Shown here: in pieces, positions 1 through 14,559 of the stretch
Position numbering within the stretch: position 1 is the stretch's first letter
How the letters are laid out: each line of letters begins with the position of its first letter
NCBI RefSeq assembly: GCF_009914755.1
Contig: NC_060926.1
Origin: the human T2T-CHM13v2.0 reference genome, Homo sapiens
Length of the DNA: 64,000 nt
Direction: 5' to 3' (one strand)
Translations under genes and position numbers: made by a program
The notes under the pieces: generated by a model
The model's input: the letters and a program-made list of their open reading frames with translations, nothing else
The model's database searches: none
Told to the model about the DNA's origin: nothing

Positions 1-1140
1 GAAACAGATTTACCAATTAGAGTACAATGCTTATGTATAGTTCTTTTGCTTTTAATCTTATAGATTCCACTTATTTTCAAAGTTACTGAAGTCAGCAGCC
101 CTCCCTCCTACCTCTACCCGGCCTCAGTGAAGTTATTTTATATGCTCGTAATACAGTTGTAATCTTTTGCCACAATCTGCATTACTCCTGGGATTCTTTG
201 AGTTCCTAAGATTTTTTAAAAAATCTTCCTCCGTTTAGGTTCTGTTTGTGCAATCCTCATAATGCACATTTATTTTTTTCTTTTCCTGTACATAATAGCA
301 GACAGCTGGTCAGTAGTGGGATAGAAGTAAAAATTTTTTTAACTTCAAATTTTCTTTCTATGGGGTTTGACAAATCCATACATAGTGTCATGGATCCACC
401 ATTATTAGAGTGTCATACAGAAAAGTTGTAGTTCTAAAAAGATCCCCTTTGTTTCATCTAGTATTAAACCCTCCCACCTTCCTATACCTCTAGCAACCAC
501 TGATGTGTTTACCATCTCTATAATTTTGACTTTTCCAGAATGACATAGAAATGGAATAATACAGCATGTAGCATTTTCAGACTCATTTTCTTCACATAGT
601 AATAGCTGCATTTAAGATTCATCCATGTTTTTGTGTGGCATAACAGTTCATTCCTGTCTTTTTATGGATTCTTTTTTAAGACAGGGTCTGATAGCTCTGT
701 TGCCCAGGCTGCAGTCCAGTGGCACGATCATAGCTCACTGTAACCTCAAATTCCTGGGCTCAAGCAATCCTCCTGCCTCAGCTTCCCACGTAGCTGGGAC
801 TACAGGTGCACACCATCATGCTTCACTAATTGTAAAAACTTTTTTGTAGAGAAGGGGGCCTCAAACTTCTGGCCTCAAGGGATCCTCCCACGTCAGCTCA
901 CAAAGCATTAGTATTACAGGTATGAGCCTCCAGGCCTGGTCTTTATTTCTGTCTTTTTGATCCCTGAATAGTATTCTAATGTATAGATGTACCACCATTT
1001 ATACTTATTAAAGAACATTGTGATTCTTCCAGTTTTTGACAATTGTGAATAAAGCTGGTATTAAGTATTTAAGTGCAGGTTTTTCTGTGAACATGTTTCA
1101 AGTCAGTTGAGTAAATATCTAGAAGCACAATTGCTGGCAA
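1..1140 (-). mobile_element. Old LINE-1 (L1MC/L1MD-like) 3' region, interrupted by a ~100-bp duplicated segment (252-352) and an Alu (671-940)
   Basis: Antisense L1M 3' motifs: ttctatggggtttgacaaat, ctagcaaccactgat, aatggaataatacagcatgtagc, ttccagtttttgacaattgtgaataaagctg. Confidence 0.75.
671..940 (-). mobile_element. AluJ-like SINE with internal deletion
   Basis: gacagggtct...gttgcccaggctg...ctcaagcaatcctcctgcctcagc...attacaggtatgagcc; degenerate flanking repeat ttcattcctgtcttttt / tttatttctgtcttttt. Confidence 0.9.
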
Positions 1141-2118
1141 TTGTATTTTTATAAGATATGTGAAAATAGTTCTGCTAGGTTATTTGAGCATCTTCCCCAC
1201 AATCATATATATAGTTAATTTAAGAAATGCTCTTCTATGTTGATAACATAGAGCAAACTTCATTCCACTCCTGTCTGATTACTACAAATTGGTAATGTCC
1301 AAATTAGTAGGCTTTATGAATCACAGGCTGACACTCCTGCAGCTGTTCAAATCAATGAATACTCAATCGCAGATAAAGGAGAGTATCTTGGAATGTCTTT
1401 GTTAAGGATATCCAGGGAAGAAATTCTAGGACTTTCCTTGGAAACCATCTGATATCTCAAAAAACCTTAACCTTAGGAAATTATCCCTGCCCCAGAATTC
1501 TCATGTTGTACATTTATTTCCTCTTTTCCTATACATAGTAGGAGACAGCTGGTCAGTAGTGGGATGGAAGTCAAAAATTTTGACTTCAAATTGTGTTTTT
1601 CTTTAATAGATGCTTTTTTATGCTGGGAATTTGTTGCTCCAAAAGTGGGCCAATTACTAAAGTCATCAGACTCTCTTTCAATTTCTGAGATGTGAAATTG
1701 AAAGAGAGCTGCATATTTTCTTACAGAAAATGCTAGATATAAGGCACAACCAAGGAAGGGGTGGGAGCTCTCTTTCTCTGTTGTGACTTCGTGATTCCTA
1801 GTTAAAGTCTGTGGGTGTCAAGTTGTTTAGTGATGAAGAGAGCAGAAAAGTGCCAAAGAAGCTGGTGATTTGAGACCTTTACTTTGCAAACATTAGTGAT
1901 AGGAAACTAGAGTTGAGGAGAAATTCTAAATTTGAAGAGAGAATTCTAGATTATCCTTCCAAACTAAGTATGTCCAGGAGTTACCAGCCTGAAGACCTCT
2001 ACCACCACTACTGATGCTGTTCTATAAAGGCAGAATGTTGTATGTAATGGTACAGGTATAGACTAACACCATATGGCCCTGATTGGATTCTTGAATCTGA
2101 CATTTCTAGCTAAGTCAT

Positions 2119-2280
2119 TGTCTTAGTCTATTTTATATTGTTATAAAATAACAACATAATCCCACAGACTGACTAATTTATAAAGAAATTTATTTAGGTC
2201 ATGGTTATGGAGCTGGAAGTCCAAGAGTATATGCTAGAATCTTCTGAGGGCCCGTGTGCTTCATCATCTTGTGGCCAGAA
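2119..2280 (-). mobile_element. MaLR LTR fragment (MST/MLT1A-like)
   Basis: tgtcttagtc...cacagactgactaatttataaagaaatttattt...ggaagtccaag, typical of a reverse-oriented MaLR LTR end. Confidence 0.7.
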
Positions 2281-2289
2281 GAAATGTAG

Positions 2290-4010
<1,721 letters not shown>

Positions 4011-4229
4011 AACATAAACCTCTTGAGGACAGAGATTTTTTTGTCTGTTCACTGTCTTAGGACTTCACTATATTCCTGCTACAGAGAGGTAATCAATAAA
4101 TATTGTTGAAAGTTGAACAGATGAAGAAGTGGTGGCAGTGACCATTAATAACAGCTTTTCTTTGTTGTTCTATTTTCAGGCTCCATACCTACCTAACATC
4201 TATCTTCTCAAGAACTCTGCCAGGGAAGG

Positions 4230-4350
4230 AGTAGTTTCTGTGTTTCATAAACAGACTGAGACTCAAAGAGGCTAAGTAAACTACCTGAAGCCATATATAG
4301 CAACACACAATGACGGATGTGAGATTCAAACTTGGATTTATCTGGCTCCA
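4230..4350 (-). mobile_element. MIR fragment
   Basis: actgagactcaaagaggctaagtaaactacctgaagccata...gagattcaaac MIR core. Confidence 0.7.
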
Positions 4351-5599
4351 AAATTTCTAGTTTTTTTTTTTTTTTTTTTCCCACTACAGCAAAACTAAGG
4401 AGAAGAGACAGAGGTGAATAGCTGTCTCTCAGTGGTTATTCTGTTTTCCCTTATCTACATGTTTTCCTCCTTTCACTCTCTCTTGGTTTGTTCTTATCCT
4501 TCAGAGGTAAAGAGGAGCCTTCAGAGAGCTATAAAGGTTGATCAAAGTACCAGATTATGAGATTATTTGGAGGCTAATATGTAATCCTTGGGGTTTCCTT
4601 TCTCATCTCACCCTTACAGCTGCCTGTATTAATGCTTTCTGATTAACATATGGTCTCCTTTTTATTCTAGAAAACACTAGATCTGAATAACAAAGGATGC
4701 ATACTTAAGCAAACTAAGGCATATATAGTTATCACTAAATGCTCAACCTGGAAAGAATACTGGATTGCAGTCTGCTTTTTCTGTAAAGACAATAGTATTA
4801 TAAAACCGAAAGAGACAACAGGGAATATTTCCCACTCAACTAAGCATATCTAAAAGCACATTTGAAGTTTGGAGACAATATTCTGTGTTATTTTAAGAAA
4901 AGATTCTATAGCATTATTACCTGGTGGTAAGAAAATAACATGTAAAAGAAAAGGTAATAAGAATAAAAAAAATAAGTAAAAGTATGTGAACATGCTAGAC
5001 CTGGTTATACAACTCAACTGTTGAGAATGCATTTTTGAAGTTGCCTGCATGGTTGCTGCAAGCGTTCTTCAGTATTTAGTATATGAAGACAGGCATATGC
5101 TCTGGCCATTTCCAGAAAAGCCAAGGCTATCCTGTATATTCTAGCCATCTGTTGTTAGGTGAAATGCGTGAATGGCATAGAGAAATGTTATGGAGAGTGA
5201 ATGTTACATGCCTCTGAGATACAATAGAAAAGAAGCCCTTGATTTAATATTTTGGTTCTTAGTTTGACTGTGATTTATAGGGAGTGATATTGCCCTGGGC
5301 CTTTCTGTCTCCTTTGTATCAGGAAATGATTTGGTTTAGAGAAAAGCAGGCAAAGGTTTTAGTGGGACTCCCACCAGGATAATGGCCTTCTTTGTTCCTA
5401 GCTACTTCTTGAGGTGACTATGGCTATCCTTTAGGCCCCAAGCATGTGGACAGAGTCGAGAACAGGGTTAAGGAGAAGATTTAAGCAAAATCTCTTTAGT
5501 CACTGAGCAAGAAGCACCTATAAGTTGCATTTTGTAAACTCAGAGGATTTGGTCTGTGGTGATCTAGCTACATAAGAACTGGAAATGCCTAGGTTTAAA

Positions 5600-5912
5600 A
5601 TCGGGGTATAAAGCAACCCAGAGCTTGTTAGATATGCAAGATCTCTGGCCCTATCCCCAAACTACTGTCCCAGAATATGTATTTTAACAAGGTTGCTAGT
5701 GACTCATATGCTCAATAATGTTTGAAAAGCCCTGCCCCAGACTCTTGAATAGGATTGGCCAGGAGGTGGGAAAAGGGATGGTAGCAGTGGTGCTTGCAAT
5801 GTACATAGCCCCAGATATATAGAATCAGAATCTGTAAGAGTGGAGACTTAGGAATCTATGTTTTAACAAGCTCCTCAGGGAATTTTTATAAACACTGCAA
5901 TTTGAAGATCAC
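5600..5912. mobile_element. Two MER5 (hAT-Charlie) fragments
   Basis: gagcttgttagatatgcaagatctctggccc...tattttaacaag; gaatcagaatctg...aggaatctatgttttaacaagctcc. Confidence 0.65.
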
Positions 5913-6449
5913 AGGTAAGAAATAAAAACAGTTCAGGGGAGAAGTGCAATATACACTATGAACACCAGCTGTCAGTACTCTACAATTTAAAAATGACCTT
6001 GATGGTTAATAGTGAAAAGAATTATTACAAGAACATTTTCTAAATTTGAAATGTAAAGATCTAGGGAACATGAGCTCTAAGTTAAACAGATTTGAATTAT
6101 CCTGTGATTTTATCAAAGATCTCTAGACATATAAATAGTTTACAGAGAGTAGTGGTTGGAGATTTAGAGATTTTGGGTACATGTGAGTAAGTCCATGTCA
6201 GAATAATGTCTTACTATACTTGGGAAAATAAAGTGAATGCTTTTGTGGTTTTAAAACCAAACTGGACTCTACAGTTTGAAAGTATGTAAGGCAGGTCAAT
6301 GACTCTTTCTAAGAATATCTTTTCATTTTCTTGGCATTATGTCCTGATGTTACTGGGTTTTTCAGGTACTTAATTTTCATGTGTAGCTCAGGGATTAAAA
6401 GTCTTGTGCAGTATTCAAAGGAACTTTTTCTGTATTTGTAGACACTGCA

Positions 6450-6650
6450 CCATACTGGGAGACTTGGATTCGAATTCTGTCTTTTCCTTATAGCCTCGTG
6501 CAGATTACAATGACAATTCCTTAACATCTCTGAGTCTTTTAGTGTGCATAAAAATACCCACATAAGGGTTGTCAAGAGGAGGATCCAGATAATATAATAA
6601 ATATGAAATGCTCTACCAATTATGAAGCATTAAATAAATGCAAGGTAGTA
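6450..6650 (+). mobile_element. MIR fragment
   Basis: agacttggattcgaattct...ccttaacatctctgagtct...cataagggttgtcaagagg. Confidence 0.6.
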
Positions 6651-6797
6651 CTTGAATGCTTATGGCATTGGGCTTTCACTTTTATATTTGATCTTTGGAA
6701 CCCCACTATAGCACCCATTTCCATAAAAATGACTCAGGTTTCACTAGGAGCCTAGTTACTTTTCCTAGTTAGGTATTTTTTTTTTCCCCACCCCAAA

Positions 6798-7360
6798 TAG
6801 CGTTGCCTGATAAAATACTGGACAGCCAGGTAAGTTTGATATAAAGTTTGATTTCATGTAAACAATGATTTCTTTTTAATTCTTCAGCTAAGACAGCGGA
6901 AGAGATGATTTATTGTATGGTTGTTACACTCGGCCACAAGTAAACACATAAATAGTCCAGAATGTCACAGGTCTAGGGCAAAGGACCAAAATGGGCAGTT
7001 TTGGTTATGAGCAACATGGGTCTTAGAGGTGATTGGCGATCAGAGGGCGATGAAGTTCTAGATCATGAGATAAGCTCTGGACAGTAGCATGCAGTCCTAC
7101 AACTTGTACCAGCATCTCCAGCGTCTAGCATTCCATGTTTCTGCTCCTGTGGCCTCCATGGTACAAGAAGCTAGTGGTTTACTTGGACATCTGACTCATC
7201 TTTCTTCTTTTGCGCTTCAACCTGTGCATTCGCTTCTTCCTCCACTTGGCTCTTATGGCACAGAGGTTTTCAAGAAAATGGTGCTAAGGCCGAGATGACA
7301 ATGAATAATTTTTTAGTATGACTATGTCCCATGTATTGCACAGCAAACTGGAAAATCTAA
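6798..7360. mobile_element. MER53 (hAT) remnant split by the RPL41 retrocopy; right arm largely deleted
   Basis: tagcgttgcctgataaaatactggacagccag...atttcatgtaaacaatga | acaatgaataattttttagtatgactatgtcccatgtattgca is contiguous MER53 consensus once the insert is removed. Confidence 0.8.
6869..7295 (-). pseudogene. RPL41P: Processed pseudogene of ribosomal protein L41 (eL41); start codon ATG>ATA
   Basis: Minus strand 7256-7179 reads [25 protein letters not shown] versus RPL41 [25 protein letters not shown]. Intronless, with 5'UTR (tctcggccttagcaccattttc), 3'UTR, AATAAA at 6914-6909, poly(A) remnant 6869-6877 and TSD acaatga (6862-6868 / 7298-7304). Confidence 0.95.
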
Positions 7361-7899
7361 CTCCAAGACCAAATGCTATCTACATTCATGCATCTTCTAC
7401 TCACCAATCTCATCTAATTGCTTACATCTTCTATTTTGCCTGTATGGAAAAAGTCTGACTCAAAGACAGTAATGTAGATCTAAAAATGGTCTTGAGAGAA
7501 ATTATTGCTATCTGAAAGCTCACGTCTTCAAAAATTTTTACACTTCCTGTCTAGAAACGGCTCTGGCTTATCTCTAAAGAGTGCTTAGAATAAAATAGAG
7601 TCACTTAAGTACTTACTCCTTGGGATTATTTTTGATTTTTTTTTGTGCTGTTATTCTGTTGACTTTTGATTATTCATTAACATCTCTTTCTCTGTCTCAC
7701 TGTGTGGTTGTGGGAGTAGAAGGAGGGAAGAGGTGACTCTCCAAAATGAAATAATTCGAAAGCCACTTACATGTTGCTATTATGAACAATTCTGAGGCAT
7801 TTCTGGTACAGCTTTCTCTTTCCAATTATATTTGGTATAGCAAATAATGCTATTAAAATATATAGACTTTATATAAAGAAAGACCACATCCTGATACTG

Positions 7900-8790
7900 A
7901 AGGAGAGGAAGAAGAAGGAAAGGTGGGAGTTCGCTGTGTGCTCAGCAGAAAGCAGGGTCGTCCTGGGGAACACTTTGCAGTTTCAAAGTACTTGAGGAGG
8001 GTAGGCCACAAAATGGGAGTTTAACTGTACTAAAGTAAATTCTTAATGACACTTTCACGTGGATGCCCTGAAGCAGAGGGAGGAATCACACCAGGAAACC
8101 TGATGCGGGAGAGAGCCATGTCCCACAGTTTGACCGAAAAAAATGTTGCCTTTGGGCTCACCTAACTCTGGACACTAGGTGTCAGTATACAGCAATGTAA
8201 CGATTTTAGGATGCGGGGTTGATGTGCTGAATTAGTGGGGGAAGAGTTGTGAGATGATGTTTCGTTTCCTGCTGTTAACACAGGTCCTCGATTTATGGTA
8301 GAGGTTCTTTCAGCTGTGATCTTATGAATCATCAATAGAGACAGGAACTGTGTCAGAGTCACCTCTAGGGGTTTCCTTCATATTTTCTTTTTCTTTTCTC
8401 ACTGGCTAGGACTGATTACTTCTTCACATCTCTGCAAAGTACTTAATTAGTCTCATCAGGCAGCCAAACTTGATACCTTCGTCCAATTTTAGATACAGAG
8501 ATGATGAAGGTGTTTCATTGGCAGTTGGGGCCATTAGAGGGACCCCGCAGGGCAGAGCGACGTTGCACTGAGGCGATCTGAGCTGAGCACAGGGGTAAGG
8601 ATATATTCCTGGACTGTGTGCTGCTGTCACCGAGAACATTTGCAAATCTGCTGACACATTACAGTGGGAATATCCCCTGGACGCATGGAAGGCCCAGTGC
8701 CCTGTCATTTGAGCAGTGCAGGCACGTCACCAGCCCATGGGGATGTCAGTATTCATGCTGCTCTTTGATATAAAGTTCGCATTTTCTATA
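7900..8790. promoter_or_regulatory. Candidate enhancer or alternative promoter (unique, locally GC/CpG-richer block)
   Basis: No recognisable repeat and visibly more CpG than the flanks; NF-kB GGGATATTCC (minus, 8667-8676), palindrome ATTTGCAAAT 8638-8647, CACGTCA 8723-8729, TCF/LEF CTTTGAT 8763-8769. Confidence 0.4.
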
Positions 8791-9289
8791 TGGTTTGATG
8801 ATGTTTAGTGGGATCAGTGATGCCTGTTTGTTAATTGCTTACAGAAGATTTGGGCTTAAAAATAAAATCTTGGATCAGGTAACATTCTCTGTTTTAAATT
8901 TTATTGATATTTCTGAATTCCAAGGAAATTACTTACATATCAGATGGTCTTTGAAACCTTATTTTTTTCTATTATTTTTAGTATTCTCTGCACTCTGTCT
9001 TATATTTCTGCCCTTTCTCCTGCATAAGTAAAACAGAAAGATTTAGTTAGCGTTTGAGGATGAAAATTATCAAGCCTATATTCTCAACAACAATCTGGGA
9101 TTTGAGTTAATTTTAATGTCCAATTTGTGTCCCTCTTGCCCCCTTTACATGTGTGACTTTATTTTCAGCTATCTTTTAATATTATTCACTCTTAGTCACA
9201 CCAACTATGCTTATCCCTACCTAAGTCCTTCTCATCTTGTTATCACCAGCTGGTAAATTCTTCCTGCTTCCTTTACTTATATAAATGTG

Positions 9290-9640
9290 GCTGCTTTTTC
9301 AATATCAGCTCCAAGCCATCTCCTCCATGAAGCTATCTGGGTAATTCACAGAAATCTGCTTTCCTGAATCATAGAGCATTGCTCAGTGTAGCTCATGATT
9401 ATAACCTAGTCTTAGTTGCTTTTTAATTAGTTTGCACACGTGTACATATACACACACATGCACACACACACACACATGACCAACTAGATTACAAGCTTTT
9501 CAAAAGTGGGGGCTGTACCCCAGTGACATCTAGTAATATGCTGAGTATCATATATACATTTTCAATAGATAGCCATTTTTTGTTTATCTCTTTGATTGCG
9601 GAGGCTAAAACATAATAGGTATTTAATAAATGTTGAGAGA
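9290..9640 (+). mobile_element. L2 3' end containing a short (CA)n at ~9440-9476
   Basis: caactagattacaagcttttcaaaag...ggtatttaataaatgttga. Confidence 0.55.
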
Positions 9641-10010
9641 TCTGAGGAATTGATTTAAATTACTCTGCTGAAGTACTAGATCTTTGATAATATTAGATTG
9701 TGACATTTGGTGTGACAATTCTGGTAGTCATTAGCATATACCTTTGCAAGAGCTAGCTCAAGTCTTATACCTTCCATGACAACTTCTCTAGGCTAATACA
9801 GTCCTCATTGTTCCTCCTGGTCCTGAATTTCTCCTTCTCCTGTTTCTGAACTCCTAAAGCATCGTACATCTACATTGGGCAAGTGCCTTAGGACTACATC
9901 TGTAGAATGGGTTTAATAATAGTGCCCATCTATTTGGAACTATGATAATTAAATGACAATATGTATAAATTACTTAGAACATTTCTGGCATATTATAAGT
10001 AATCAATAGG

Positions 10011-10552
10011 TGTTTTAGTCATGGTTCTCCAGAGAGGCAGAACTGATAAGATATATGAATTAGCTCAGTTGATTATGGAGGCTGAGAAGTCCCATGATAG
10101 ACGTCTGCAAGCTAGAGAACCAGGGCAACTGGTAGCATGGCTCACTGCAAAGTGTGAAGGCTTCAGAACCAAGGAAGCCAATAGCATAACTCTCAGTCCA
10201 AGGCCAAAAACCTGGGAGCCTGGGGGTTGCTGGTGTGTTTCCCAGAGTCCAAAAGCTGAGAAGGGGAGTTGTAACATTCAAGAGCAGCGGGAAGAAGTTA
10301 TCCTAGCTTTAGAAGACAGAGCAAGATTTTGCCCTTTCTCCACCCTTTTATTCCATCTGGGCCCCCAGCCAATTGAAAGGTATCTGCCCACATTGAGGGT
10401 GGATCTTCCCCACTCAGTTCAAAGACTCAAATTCTAATCTCTTCGCAGAACATTCTCAGAGACATACCTATGGTGGCCTAATAATTTTAATCAAATGCCA
10501 AATCACCTGGAGTTTCCTTTCAGCGGAAGAGCGAAGGACTTTAATTTATCAC
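10011..10552 (-). mobile_element. MLT2-family (ERVL) LTR
   Basis: tgttttagtcatggttctccagagaggcagaac...gattatggaggctgagaagtcccatgat...ctgcccacattgagggtggatcttccccactcagt. Confidence 0.85.
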
Positions 10553-10558
10553 AGTCTA

Positions 10559-11195
10559 GCTGGCGAGATTGTGGAGAAAAGGGAAAACTTATACACTGCT
10601 GGGGGGAATGTAAATTAGTTCAGCCATTGTAGAAAGCAGTTTGGCAATTTCTCAAAGAACTTAAAACAGAATTAAGATTTTGTCCAGCAATTCCATTATT
10701 GGGTATATACTAAAAGGAATATAAGTCATTCTACCATAAAGACACATGCACACATATGTTCATCACAGCAGTATTCACAATAGCAAAGACATGGAATCAA
10801 CCTAAATGCCCGTCAATGGTAGACTAGATAAAGAAAATGTGGTACATATACACCATCGAATACTATGCAGCCATAAAAAAGTACAAGATCATGTCCTTTG
10901 TAGCAGCATGAATGAAGCTGTAGGCTGTTGCCCGAACAGAAAACCAAATACTGCATGTTCTCACTTATAAGTAGGAGTTAAACATTGGGTATGGACGCAG
11001 ATAAGGGAACAACAGACACCAGGGTCTATTTGAGGGTGGAGGATGGGAGGAGAGTGAAGATCCAAAAACTGCCTATCAGGTATTATGCTTATTACCTGGA
11101 TGATGAAATAATCTGTACACCAAACCCTGTGACATGCAATTTACCTGTGTAACAAACCTGCACGTGTACCCCAAAACTAAAATTTTTTTAAAAAG
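10559..11195 (+). mobile_element. 5'-truncated L1 3' end (older L1PA, about PA13-16)
   Basis: aaagacacatgcacacatatgttcat, tggaatcaacctaaatgccc, gatgaaataatctgtacaccaaaccc, aacaaacctgcacgtgtacccc. Confidence 0.9.
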
Positions 11196-11239
11196 TCACA
11201 TATTGAGGTAAAAAAAAATACAAATAATTTTCATTAGAA

Positions 11240-12430
11240 AAAACTTATCCCAATCTACCTTATACCTCTTCACATGCAGTATAAGAACCTCACAACAGGG
11301 TGCTTCCATCTCTTTATCCTGATGGCTGCTGTTCTCATGTATTTTACTTCCATGTTTGCTGTGAATCCCATACTACACTGCTCTCATTTTTGCTTTAAAC
11401 AGTCGATTCTATTTTGATGATATTTTGTAAAATGAGAAAATTGTTTTTTTACATTCCTCTACAAACTTACCATTTCTGGCTTTCTTTAATCCTTTGTGTA
11501 GATTTAATTTTCCACCTGGTGTTATTTTAGCTCTGCCTAAAGAACTTCCTTTAGCGTTGTTGGAGTGGAATTCTTTTGGTGATGAATTCTCTTCATTTTG
11601 TTCTTCCAGAAATGTACATTCATTCTTCACATTGGAAATATATTTTTCTTGATAAAGAAATGTAGGTAGACAATATTTCCCCCTCTCAATACATCTGGCT
11701 TGCATAGTTTATGATGGAAGTCTGCTGTCATTCTTCTCTTTATTGCTTTGTTTGCAGTGTGTCACAATGTGTCTTATTTTTATGGCTGATCTTAAGATTT
11801 TCTTTTTATCATTAGTTTTTGGCCATTTAATTATATAGTGCTTTGGAATCTAATACCATTCTCAAGCTTTTACTTGATACCTTATATATTTCGTTTTTGG
11901 TTTTTAAAATTTTGTTGTTGTTGTTGTTATTGTTTCATCTTGGCTGGTGGGAACATGAACAATTCCTAGCGCTCTGTGAGCTGCAAGAATATTTCTGAGT
12001 ACTCCTTTCTTGTGTTTTTTTCCCAAGCATGAGTCATTTCCTCTCATGCATGCACAGATCAGTACTTAGGCAAAGCCTCCTCCAGACCCCACTGCAGATC
12101 TCCAGAGTTCCTTTTTTGTGCAGCTCCTTCATCTGTGCTACCATGCCCCACGAACTCCACCTTTTGTAATATCCCTGAATTCTAATCTCTCTTTCTTCAG
12201 CTTAAAAAGACTGCCTAACTCTGTGCTGTTGCCTGGAAACTGCCTACAGGAAGTAAGATGGTGCAGGTTAACATCTCATCATCTGGTTTCTTTCTCTCAG
12301 GGATCACAGTCTTATAATGCCTCTTTTCAAATGCCTCTAAACCAGTGTTTCCTATGTTTTGTCTGAGTTTTTCTAGTTGCTTACAGCATGTGATGGGGTT
12401 CCTTTTGACTCTATTTTGACTTGAAACGAT
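11240..12430 (-). mobile_element. Ancient L1M fragment
   Basis: gcagtataagaacctcacaacag, ctgcctaaagaacttcctttagc, gaagtctgctgtcattctt, accccactgcagatctccagag. Confidence 0.7.
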
Positions 12431-14559
12431 AGTGTCCATGGAGATGGAGCCAGTTTCTTACTTCCTGACATCCTATTCCTAAAGACTAATAGAATACTCC
12501 AGAGTTTGTGATAAAAGAGAATATCCATTAAATTAATGATAAGATCAGTGCATATATGAATACTCCAGTAATTCCCAGGTAATGATAAATAAAACAGTCA
12601 CAAAGAGCTGCAGAATTAGAAAGCTATTTGAACTTTGAATCAACTATGTTGAAGCAACATAATGAAATACAGAGTCTTCTAGATACTCTGTAAAGTCATA
12701 GAATTTTAGAAAGTATTGTTCTCATTATTTCTGATGCAGTAAAGTTCAAAGAGGTAATTACATTGCTTTCTGGCAGACAGTTGACCAGAAAGGCCAAAGT
12801 AGAAATCATAAGCCAACTGCCTTAATGGTTTGGGTAGTGGTATAGGTAAATGAAAAGGCAATTTTAATCTTCTGACTTCAAATTAAGAGATTATATATTT
12901 AACTTCCTAATAGATAAATACATTATTGCCTTTCAATTCATTTTTGTTTAAAAACAGCTTCTTTTAGAATTCTGCTTTGGTATATTGCTTTAGTGTGGGC
13001 ACAAATTCCCAAAGATTCCATGAAGAATTTAGTATATAATCTCCCTTAGAAAAAGTACAGCATTTTTATGAGCAGAATAATAATATTCAGAAATGATATA
13101 AAGGTACACACAGGAATATGTGTGTAGCTTCAATATCTATAAGGGATTATAATTTTAACATTTTATTGATCTTTTAAGGTGTTTTGAGTTTTCAAATAAA
13201 ATTGCTCTCTATTATTGTGCACTTAGAGATACTTTTCTAGGCAATAATATGTAAATTAATTGCCTTTTCAGGCTGCGCTATGGTTTCCCATTGTGGCATG
13301 GAATAATATATTGGGGAGATTTTTCTGTTTTATGGCAGTTTTAACTATCTTTTAAAAATGGTTAAAATTTCCAGTTGCAATAACGTAGCGTTAAATTATT
13401 TAAAAACTGTTATGAAGAAATATATCTCAGGATTAATAGAAAAAATTTCTTATATTGGCCAATTTCAAATTTAACCACAATTCTTAATACATTTCTCTTT
13501 GACATGAATTTATAAATAGCAATTATAATGAGTATGGTTCTCTAAATCAAATAACCTGTTAAAACCAAATGATCCAATTACAGGTTTATATTAAAAATGA
13601 ATGAATAAGGAAAGCTTTTTAGCTCCTTAAGATGCTATCATTCCTTTTATAGAATGTCAAGATTTACAGAATATCAGGAAAGTAATCAATCTTCCTTTGA
13701 TTAGGCTTGTATCTTCTCTTTCTTTCAAATTTCTGCAGACTTTTCATTTGCTGGGGGGAAAAATGGAAAGCTATGGGACAGTGAAAGATAACAGTTAAGA
13801 ATTTCCAAAGGATTCAAGGATGTAGAAACAGAAATGACTCAAATGGTCATCACACTTCAAATTCCATCATAAAGGCTGAAACGCTGTAGTCCTATCCTGA
13901 ACTGGTCCTAATGATTTAGTGCTCGATTCTAGGCTTGCACATAGGTAAACATGACGACATTATAGTATGTCAAATAATGCTCATGAATGAAAAGAACAGT
14001 GAGATTTTCAATGTTTTTTATACTGACTTGTTTCCCTCTATTTACTTTACTTGACCGCCCCCAAGAATAGTCAGATGACATAATTTGAGTCAATAGATAC
14101 GTAACGGAGACAAACCAGATGGCCAATTCCTGTGGATTTATGGGACAATTCTGCATATTTTAAGCAAATAATTTGTTCTTTTCAATTATATTCAAAGCTT
14201 ACATTCTGTTATACTGTATATTTTATTAGAGAATAGTTTTTCTGTGAAGATAATACCATTAGCTGAGTTGCAAAAAAAATTCTAAATTTTAATATATACT
14301 TTCAAACTATTTTTTTCATTCCAAAACTACTTCTGAGGAAACTCTTACATAAAATTAAGGTTAAATATTTTTATATTTCCTGACTTTCAATTTATTACCT
14401 ATCTTCAAATCAACAATTAACTAATTGATTTACCATATGTTATAGACAATAGAAGTAAAGGGAAAGTGTGAGCATTTACAAAGTCAATTGAAAGAGACAT
14501 TTAGCTGGAAAATATTTTGAGCATTGTGTTTTAACTTACTGCTCTGGAGGATGAGGATT

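Noticed and set aside
7089-7298. 69-aa plus-strand ORF
   Set aside because: Antisense frame of the RPL41 retrocopy
10021-10437. 138-aa ORF
   Set aside because: Lies wholly within an MLT2 LTR and has no recognisable protein features
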